Shown one piece after another: positions 57,685 to 64,000 of a stretch of 64,000 bases of DNA (position 1 is the first letter of the stretch; every line of letters begins with the position of its first letter). The DNA comes from a virus (Duplodnaviria > Caudoviricetes): positions 1 to 64,000 of IMG/VR virus record IMGVR_UViG_3300021255_000070. The stretch is one strand, 5' to 3'. Position numbers and translations under genes: made by a program. The notes under the pieces are model-generated. The model had not been told where the DNA came from and did not search any database. It saw nothing but the letters and a program-made list of their open reading frames with translations.

Positions 57685-58633
57685 TAAAGTATTGTCTCCT
57701 TTGCTGACATATAGGTGCAGCAGGGCATAGCTTACATCTCTTTACTTCACCCTTTACTTCTCTAACTACACCTTTACCTTTCTCTAAACAAAACTTATTA
57801 GCTTCTGCTAATGAGTCAAAGTTCTTTGTAGCTTTAGAAGCAGTAGGATTTGCATAGTATTTATACTTAGTATCACTACGCCATAATTCTTCATCAGTAC
57901 ACTCAGGAATGTCTTCTTCTTTAGCATCCCAGTACTTAGTAATAAGAGCTAGTTTCTCTTTAATCCATTTTTCTGTTTCAGGAATAGATAATAGAGGGTA
58001 ATCCTTATACATAATCTTATGCTGAGGATAATCTTTATTAGTTAGAGCCAAGGCATTCTGCCAATCTGTAAAGATAAAACAGATACGTACAAAGTCAGAG
58101 GTTACTTTGTCTTGGTTCAACCATCTATAAATACTTCCCTGTAATCTATACTTTTCATCCATACCACCATATACCCATGTATATGCTGAAGTAGATTTAA
58201 AGTCATGTAGAATACCATCACCTATATAATCAAACTTACCACCTATCTTGTAACCATCTATTTCTTTAATAGAACGCTGTTCAATATAGACAGGTATCTG
58301 ACCATCTTCTACCTTTTCAGGATTGATAACTATTTTATCGGCTACAGATTTATTAAAGCCTAGAAACTCAAGAGTCTTTCTGTAATCACTATAGAGCCAA
58401 GCCTTCTCAATACCATCATGGATACTGGTTCCCATAACAGCAGGTACAAAGCTGGATATGTCAGTAGTAATGAAATTATCATTTACTCTTGGTCTTAAGA
58501 TAAGTTGTTTGAGGGGATTAAGTAACTGAGTAGCTGAGATATACTTCTCATCTTGAATATGGTCATATTCATCATGAGCTAGCCATACTTGTAATGGTAA
58601 AGGTATATCCCACTCATTTGTTAAGTTCATCAA
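57677..58633 (-). CDS. PD-(D/E)xK nuclease (N4 gp42-like)
   Basis: ISATQLL, GTSIHDGIE, GKFD...HDFKSTS, QGSIYRW, C-terminal CKLC...CQQ. Confidence 0.85.
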   Translation of the reverse strand: MMNLTNEWDIPLPLQVWLAHDEYDHIQDEKYISATQLLNPLKQLILRPRVNDNFITTDISSFVPAVMGTSIHDGIEKAWLYSDYRKTLEFLGFNKSVADKIVINPEKVEDGQIPVYIEQRSIKEIDGYKIGGKFDYIGDGILHDFKSTSAYTWVYGGMDEKYRLQGSIYRWLNQDKVTSDFVRICFIFTDWQNALALTNKDYPQHKIMYKDYPLLSIPETEKWIKEKLALITKYWDAKEEDIPECTDEELWRSDTKYKYYANPTASKATKNFDSLAEANKFCLEKGKGVVREVKGEVKRCKLCPAAPICQQRRQYFND

Positions 58634-59336
58634 TATACTCCTTAACTAGATTGATTAGTTCTGGTTCTGTAAGATTATTTGGAAGAGATAATTCATGTGC
58701 CCAATCTGGGTAGAAGATAGATAATTCACCTCCTAAGTGAACGTCTGGATGTCTGATTTCTGGTTCATCCTGCCAAGATACTGCTTTATTTAGCTCTGTA
58801 TTGACCCATAGAACCACTTCAGGGATATCTCTGATAATAAAGTACTGAGCATCATGAATTTGTGCTACAGGTTTAATATATTCACGGTATGGACTATTCT
58901 CTACTTTAGTCATAAATTCAATACCTGCTCTGGTATTTAATAATCCATAGGATTGACCCAGAGCATTACCAGCAGTTCTTCTTTCTGCTTCAGCTTCATG
59001 AGGAGTCTTACTGGTTCCCATAATAGCCTGTTTCATCTTATGGGTTCTGACTCTTAAACCAAAAGCTACATCTACATAACCATTCTTTTCAGCAGATTCT
59101 AGTCTTTTATTAACCCATTCATCTGATTCTTTATAGAGTTCATGATAAGCATTGTAGATTTGTTCTGCTTCTTTCTGAGAGAAGCCTTGGTTCTTAACTA
59201 AGGTAGAAGGAGTTCCTCCATAAGTAAGAGCAAAGGTACAGGTTTTAGACTTCTGTCTTAAATCCTTATGCTTATTTTTGATAGAGTTAATAATTTCTAC
59301 TTCTGCTTCCTGTTTAGAGATTTCCTCTATCTTCAT
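58614..59336 (-). CDS. DNA polymerase family A, C-terminal fragment (motifs B and C)
   Basis: RQKSKTCTFALTYGG (motif B), RTAGNALGQSYGLLN, AQIHDAQYF (motif C); own AGGAG RBS. Confidence 0.92.
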   Translation of the reverse strand: MKIEEISKQEAEVEIINSIKNKHKDLRQKSKTCTFALTYGGTPSTLVKNQGFSQKEAEQIYNAYHELYKESDEWVNKRLESAEKNGYVDVAFGLRVRTHKMKQAIMGTSKTPHEAEAERRTAGNALGQSYGLLNTRAGIEFMTKVENSPYREYIKPVAQIHDAQYFIIRDIPEVVLWVNTELNKAVSWQDEPEIRHPDVHLGGELSIFYPDWAHELSLPNNLTEPELINLVKEYIDELNK

Positions 59337-59347
59337 AGAAGCTCCTA

Positions 59348-59521
59348 TTAAGATTCTAATTCTTTAAGGTATTTTTCTTTTAATTCTGGTTCCAGATAGG
59401 ATAAACAGGTATCCATGATATCTTTCAAAAGATAATACATATCTTTGTAATCTCTATTAGTTTCATAATAATCAAGAAGTTCAATAGCTAAATCTCTTGC
59501 TGTTGCTGGTCTTTCATCCAT
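59348..59521 (-). CDS. Hypothetical protein (57 aa) between polymerase halves
   Basis: Not in track; MDERPATARDLAIELLDYY...KELES, AGGAG RBS. Confidence 0.7.
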   Translation of the reverse strand: MDERPATARDLAIELLDYYETNRDYKDMYYLLKDIMDTCLSYLEPELKEKYLKELES

Positions 59522-59535
59522 AGTTTATCTCCTAA

Positions 59536-59576
59536 GAAAAAAGCCTATGTTTACTATGGTACATAGGCAAAAACTC
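59536..59576 (-). terminator. Intrinsic terminator inside the split-polymerase interval
   Basis: Minus strand GCCTATGT-ACCATAGTAA-ACATAGGC-TTTTTT. Confidence 0.7.
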
Positions 59577-59578
59577 AG

Positions 59579-59986
59579 TTAGTTACTCGGAAAGATATAT
59601 TCCTGATGGTTTAATAGAAAATCATATAACCTATTATCAATATCATCTATAATGTCATCTTCAAAAAAAGTACTTGATTCATTAATACCTACAGAAATAG
59701 CCTTATTGATAATATCTATTTTGATAGAATTAGGAATTCTATCAATAGCTTTTGCAACTGTATCAATACAAGTAGTATCATCCATATCAGTAAGAGCTTC
59801 TACTTCATATTTTAAACTGTAGGATACTGGGTCAGCTCTCTCTGGAAGTTCATCTATATAATAGATTATTGGATATAAGCCGAAGTCTTGGTTCTCTATA
59901 TAAATATCTTTTGGATTTACTTTGAGTACTTCAGCTAATTTCTGCTTATCTATTTTTAGATTACTATCGTCTATTTTTATAAACAT
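59579..59986 (-). CDS. Acidic hypothetical protein
   Basis: 135-aa ORF, AGGAG RBS. Confidence 0.7.
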   Translation of the reverse strand: MFIKIDDSNLKIDKQKLAEVLKVNPKDIYIENQDFGLYPIIYYIDELPERADPVSYSLKYEVEALTDMDDTTCIDTVAKAIDRIPNSIKIDIINKAISVGINESSTFFEDDIIDDIDNRLYDFLLNHQEYIFPSN

Positions 59987-59994
59987 ATAAACTC

Positions 59995-60462
59995 CTAGAA
60001 TTTAACTTTTTTTAACAAGTTATCTAAAGTAGTTTTATTACCACCTAGTTCTAGTTCTAGGATAATATCATTAATAGTTTTATTAATCTTTTCATTTAAA
60101 TCATTAATTTGAGCCATAAGCTTATCTTCTTCTGCCTGCTTATAGTAAATAAATTTAAGGGATATACTTTCACATAAAGCTTCTGCTACTTTAGATGGAG
60201 TAATAAATAATCTATTAGGACCAGAGTAGTTATATTCAGTCCAGCATAAAGTTACTTCTGGATGTTTTTTAATAGCATTGCTTAAAGCATGTGTAAACAT
60301 TGAATTAGATAAATCTCTTATTTCTTTTTTAATATTAGTAAGATGTTCTGTCTGTTCTTTATGCAGTTTATCTAACTGTTCACATAAAGCCTGTTTCTTT
60401 GGTTCAGCTATTTCTTTAACACGAGTTTCAATAGCATTTTTAACAATTTGAGTTACTTTCAT
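59995..60462 (-). CDS. Coiled-coil hypothetical protein
   Basis: 155-aa ORF, AAGGAG RBS. Confidence 0.7.
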   Translation of the reverse strand: MKVTQIVKNAIETRVKEIAEPKKQALCEQLDKLHKEQTEHLTNIKKEIRDLSNSMFTHALSNAIKKHPEVTLCWTEYNYSGPNRLFITPSKVAEALCESISLKFIYYKQAEEDKLMAQINDLNEKINKTINDIILELELGGNKTTLDNLLKKVKF

Positions 60463-60475
60463 TATATGTCTCCTT

Positions 60476-60511
60476 AAAAAAGAGCCTAGTATAAAATCAT
60501 ACTAGGCTTAT
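60476..60511 (-). terminator. Intrinsic terminator inside the split-polymerase interval
   Basis: Minus strand AGCCTAGTAT-GATTTT-ATACTAGGCT-CTTTTT. Confidence 0.75.
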
Positions 60512-60587
60512 AACACTACAAAAAGGTATTAGTTGATTTATCTATTTTTAACAACTATCCTATTTTTAATATCTTCAAACAATAAAT

Positions 60588-61157
60588 CTAAATTAGAGTA
60601 ATATTCTCTTTAATATCTTCTAAGAATTTTTTGAGATTTAACTCATAATGCATATTTTCAAAACCTGTATCCCAATCTGCTTCATATGGTCTATTAGTTT
60701 TAGGATTAAAAGTATTACCTTTTTTAGGAATATAAGCTCTTAGATTATTCTTATCATCCAGATACATAATAAAGAATGTAGGATATTCATCATCTTCATT
60801 AGAATTACAAATAATAATAGGAAAACCATCTTTTACATATAAATACAGATTTTCCATTTGTTGATATCCATCATTTTCCTCATAAAATTCTTTTATATAT
60901 TCTTCTGGTTCTTGATTTCTTGAATCTTCCCAAGGATTTTCTTCAAAATCATTATAGCGAGTATTAAAGTCTTCCCATAAGCTACAACCTTCACTAAAAC
61001 CCATAGGAATATCTAAATCTTTCTCTACTATTTTAGGAAATACATCATAAAACATTTCACCAGCATCATCTTCTTCTGCTTTTAAATAATAATTTCTAAT
61101 AGTATTTACTAATTCATCCATAGTATGTTTAGTTGTAAATCTAGGAAATTTATTCAT
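60588..61157 (-). CDS. Hypothetical protein
   Basis: 189-aa acidic ORF with LRAYIPKKGNTFNP segment. Confidence 0.7.
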   Translation of the reverse strand: MNKFPRFTTKHTMDELVNTIRNYYLKAEEDDAGEMFYDVFPKIVEKDLDIPMGFSEGCSLWEDFNTRYNDFEENPWEDSRNQEPEEYIKEFYEENDGYQQMENLYLYVKDGFPIIICNSNEDDEYPTFFIMYLDDKNNLRAYIPKKGNTFNPKTNRPYEADWDTGFENMHYELNLKKFLEDIKENITLI

Positions 61158-61158
61158 T

Positions 61159-61557
61159 TTATTCTTCCTTTACCTTTTCAAGGTATTTAAAACTCTTTTC
61201 AATAGGATATCTTAATGGTGGATATTCAAAGCCTTTAGAATAAGGCATACCTATTTCTAAAGTAACTTTTGTACCATCATTTTTAATTACCATAATTTGA
61301 TATTTAGATAATTGTTCAAAAAGTTTATAAATACATAACATCCTTTCATAGCAAACATTTAAATATTCAAATTCATAAGTCATATTGAATAAGTAATATT
61401 CTTTATTATCTGTATATATGTAAGTTTCCTGAGTTAGTAATCCATCATCTGCAACTGATTTAAATGCATATTTATAAGCACTTCTGTTAGCTTTACCTTT
61501 ATGAATTACTTCTTTGAACTCATCTTTAGGAACCAACATATAAATTTTACAGTTCAT
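61159..61557 (-). CDS. Hypothetical protein
   Basis: 132 aa; its RBS and ATG lie inside the last codons of the polymerase N-fragment. Confidence 0.7.
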   Translation of the reverse strand: MNCKIYMLVPKDEFKEVIHKGKANRSAYKYAFKSVADDGLLTQETYIYTDNKEYYLFNMTYEFEYLNVCYERMLCIYKLFEQLSKYQIMVIKNDGTKVTLEIGMPYSKGFEYPPLRYPIEKSFKYLEKVKEE

Positions 61558-63478
61558 TCTGATACTCCTTTAATTTAGGATTATTTTCATTCAGGTATTC
61601 TATGGTTCCATCATCATGAGTAACTTTATAGACCTTACCTTCTTTCTTAATCTCTTCTAACTGTTCTGTAATATCTGGCATCTGGTCTTTGAAATAAGAA
61701 TAACTTCGTAAGCAATGACCATCATAATGCTCCAGATATACCTTTAATTTATTTTTATCTTTGGTTGTAAGAGCACTAATTCTATCTTCCAAAGATGCAA
61801 AGTCTTCACCAACAAAGAGCCAATCAGGAGGTGGACTAAAACATTTCTTAATAGTTTTAGCATATTTAGAACCAGTAGCTGGTAAGTTCTGTAAGTTAGG
61901 ACTATTACTGCTTAATCTACCTGATACAGTACCTCCTAGACGGAAATTACCACATAAATAGTACCATCCATCAGGAGCTTTATATGCTTTCTTAAAAGCA
62001 GGTATAAAAGCAGTAAGAATCTTATTTACATCTGAAAAATCAATAAGAGCATCTATTAAGTCTAATACAGCCTGATAGGTAGTCTTATTCTTAAGAGCTT
62101 TAAGAGTATCAGCACTTGTACTTGGTTCACCTGAATCAGTTTTAAATATCACAGGAAAAGCTAACATATCATAGAATAGCTCTTTCAACTGAAGATTAGA
62201 ATTAGGATTAAATTCTTCATGTGCATCAGCTATAGTTACTCTCTTTTTCTTTAGAGTCTTATTCTTTCTCTGTACCCATTGCTGGTTCAAATAGTTAGTA
62301 AATTTAACTACAATGTGATTAGACATTATTCTCTGTAGAGCATCTGCCTTATCCTGTTCTAACTGTTTTTCTGTTTCTAAGACTTTATCCATATCTAATG
62401 GAAGACCATTTAGCTGCATTTGAATAATGCCTTTAATAGCTGGTTTAAATAGAGTCTCATAGATAACTTTCTGGTTATCATCTATCATCTTCTGATAATG
62501 TTTATGATATACATACCAAGTAGCTAAACCATCTATAAGGTTATATTTCAGTAAATCAGCAGTAGGTATTTTAGATACATCACCTATTTCATCCTGTGCC
62601 CAGTTACCTGCAAATTCCTGAGCCTGTTCCTTAAGAGATAAGCTATTACCACTAGCACTATTAGTAGCTAGATAAGTAATCAGCATAGTGTCATCAAAGT
62701 CTCTTAATAAAGTATTTAGACCTTCATACATACCTTTAATATCTAGGAAATCTTTCATAAATAACTGATAGGTAAGTACGTATACATCAAAGGATATATT
62801 ATGAAATATCAGAGTACCTTTATAGTTTTTAAAGAACCAAGTAAGTTCCTGTCTTACTGCCGTATTCTGTATTTCTTGGCTCGTATCTACTTTAAAGGCT
62901 ATACCCTTATGCATACTCCAACAGAAAGTAATAGAAGCTATACCTGCATCATAGTGCTTTAAGGAATAAGTCTCTATATCACAGGTAAGCTTTGGATAAC
63001 TTAGAAGAGTATCAAGATATTTATGAATTTCAGTAGGAGTAGATGGATAATAAGCTTCATCTATAATTTCAGTACCGGGTTCCTTATAAGTATTCCCGGC
63101 ATGAGCTAATACAGCTTCTAGTGATTGCTTAATCTTATCTCTGGTTTCATCTGGTTTATAGAAAATACCATCTACAGAAGGAGTATAGGTAATAAAGAAG
63201 TTTTTAAGAGGAAAGATATAACCAACCAAGGTATTAGGCTTGCATGGTCCATGTAATGCTTTGAACCATTCAGCATCACAGATAATCAGATATTTACTGT
63301 CACTGAAGTTATCCTGATTATTATCAAACCAGTCTCTCATTTCTTTGACAGATGGTTTCTTCTTACCTAATGGATTCCATAAGGTAATAGTTCTACATTC
63401 TTCAGGAGGTAAATATTTATGATATTCTGTTGCTATACGGCTTGGTTGGTTCTTATTAACAAAGATAGTGTATTTCAT
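61547..63478 (-). CDS. DNA polymerase family A, N-terminal fragment (3'-5' exonuclease to motif A)
   Basis: Exo I CDIET, Exo II FHNISFDV, Exo III YNLID, GTVSGRLSS..PNLQNLP, motif A EDFASLEDRI, DGHCLRSY; no motif B or C. Confidence 0.93.
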   Translation of the reverse strand: MKYTIFVNKNQPSRIATEYHKYLPPEECRTITLWNPLGKKKPSVKEMRDWFDNNQDNFSDSKYLIICDAEWFKALHGPCKPNTLVGYIFPLKNFFITYTPSVDGIFYKPDETRDKIKQSLEAVLAHAGNTYKEPGTEIIDEAYYPSTPTEIHKYLDTLLSYPKLTCDIETYSLKHYDAGIASITFCWSMHKGIAFKVDTSQEIQNTAVRQELTWFFKNYKGTLIFHNISFDVYVLTYQLFMKDFLDIKGMYEGLNTLLRDFDDTMLITYLATNSASGNSLSLKEQAQEFAGNWAQDEIGDVSKIPTADLLKYNLIDGLATWYVYHKHYQKMIDDNQKVIYETLFKPAIKGIIQMQLNGLPLDMDKVLETEKQLEQDKADALQRIMSNHIVVKFTNYLNQQWVQRKNKTLKKKRVTIADAHEEFNPNSNLQLKELFYDMLAFPVIFKTDSGEPSTSADTLKALKNKTTYQAVLDLIDALIDFSDVNKILTAFIPAFKKAYKAPDGWYYLCGNFRLGGTVSGRLSSNSPNLQNLPATGSKYAKTIKKCFSPPPDWLFVGEDFASLEDRISALTTKDKNKLKVYLEHYDGHCLRSYSYFKDQMPDITEQLEEIKKEGKVYKVTHDDGTIEYLNENNPKLKEYQNEL

Positions 63479-63984
63479 ACTAATAACTCATATGCTTCAT
63501 ACTGATTAATACGAGGAATTATAATTTCTTCATAAAACTTTTTTAAGTTATCTTTTATTTCTGGTTCAGATTCTCTTACCCACTGAGGTACTATCTTTTT
63601 GATAAAAGAATCAAAGATACTAGGCAGATTATTGAACATCTCTCCATTATCTTTTGAACCAAAGCATTGGGAAGCAATGAAGGTAGTAATAAACTTTCTA
63701 TCCTGTTCAATGGTTTCTTTGGTTTTCTTGTACTGTTCTAGTTTATCTACAAGGGCTAAATTTAAAGTACAAAGATTGTTCTTATCATGACTGAAGTTAA
63801 GAGAAGGATTGAAATAGCAATAACCTCTAAATTTAAATCCATAAGAGACTACTGTCTGTTCATTATTCAATTCAGAATTCTGTTTGATTAATTTAGTAAG
63901 ATAAGTATTTAGATATTTCTTAGGATTCTTAAAGATGCTATCAATCAATTCTTCTCTAGTATCATAGATTGAATATTTACTCAT
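63475..63984 (-). CDS. N4 gp38-like hypothetical protein
   Basis: Position directly upstream of the polymerase with ATGA overlap; no catalytic motif recognised. Confidence 0.6.
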   Translation of the reverse strand: MSKYSIYDTREELIDSIFKNPKKYLNTYLTKLIKQNSELNNEQTVVSYGFKFRGYCYFNPSLNFSHDKNNLCTLNLALVDKLEQYKKTKETIEQDRKFITTFIASQCFGSKDNGEMFNNLPSIFDSFIKKIVPQWVRESEPEIKDNLKKFYEEIIIPRINQYEAYELLV

Positions 63985-64000
63985 AAAATACTCCCAAATT

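Noticed and set aside
61547-61700. Intein, group I intron or ribosomal bypass explaining the split polymerase
   Set aside because: No intein terminal residues or homing endonuclease; the 2.2-kb gap is filled with RBS-bearing ORFs and terminators.
1-64000. CRISPR array, integrase, DGR or stop-codon recoding
   Set aside because: No regularly spaced repeats, recombinase or reverse transcriptase motifs were seen, and long genes read uninterrupted in the standard code.
63981-64000. Possible 3' end of a helicase gene (NLGVFYE*) at the window edge
   Set aside because: Only seven codons are visible; identity would rest on N4 synteny alone.

Overview
Most of an AT-rich (roughly 30-33% GC by eye) N4-like (Schitoviridae-type) lytic phage genome, assembled so that the probable physical ends fall near 9.6-10.1 kb. 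The minus strand at 1-9.6 kb carries early and middle genes: small ORFs, an N4 gp2-like protein, the two-subunit RNAPII, an AAA ATPase/vWA pair and ThyX. The plus strand at 10.1-53.2 kb carries late genes: terminase, a long tail/receptor-binding array, tRNA-Gln, a lysis cassette (holin-like protein, GH19 endolysin, embedded spanins, implying a Gram-negative host), portal, capsid, ejection proteins and a 4213-aa virion RNA polymerase. The minus strand at 53.2-64 kb carries the replication module (resolvase, SSB, ATPase, primase, nuclease, DNA polymerase). Four things stand out. (1) One non-palindromic hexamer, TGGTTC/GAACCA, is about 10-fold over-represented genome-wide and also forms the stems of four early-region hairpins. 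(2) The family A DNA polymerase is cleanly split between motifs A and B, with five unrelated ORFs and two terminators in between. (3) Three hairpin promoters have exact N4 vRNAP spacing, two of them with a GTTA tetraloop. (4) There is a convergent pair of Hc1-like genes, and a GNAT-like gene inside the virion operon. All calls come from motif recognition by eye; no database searches were run.
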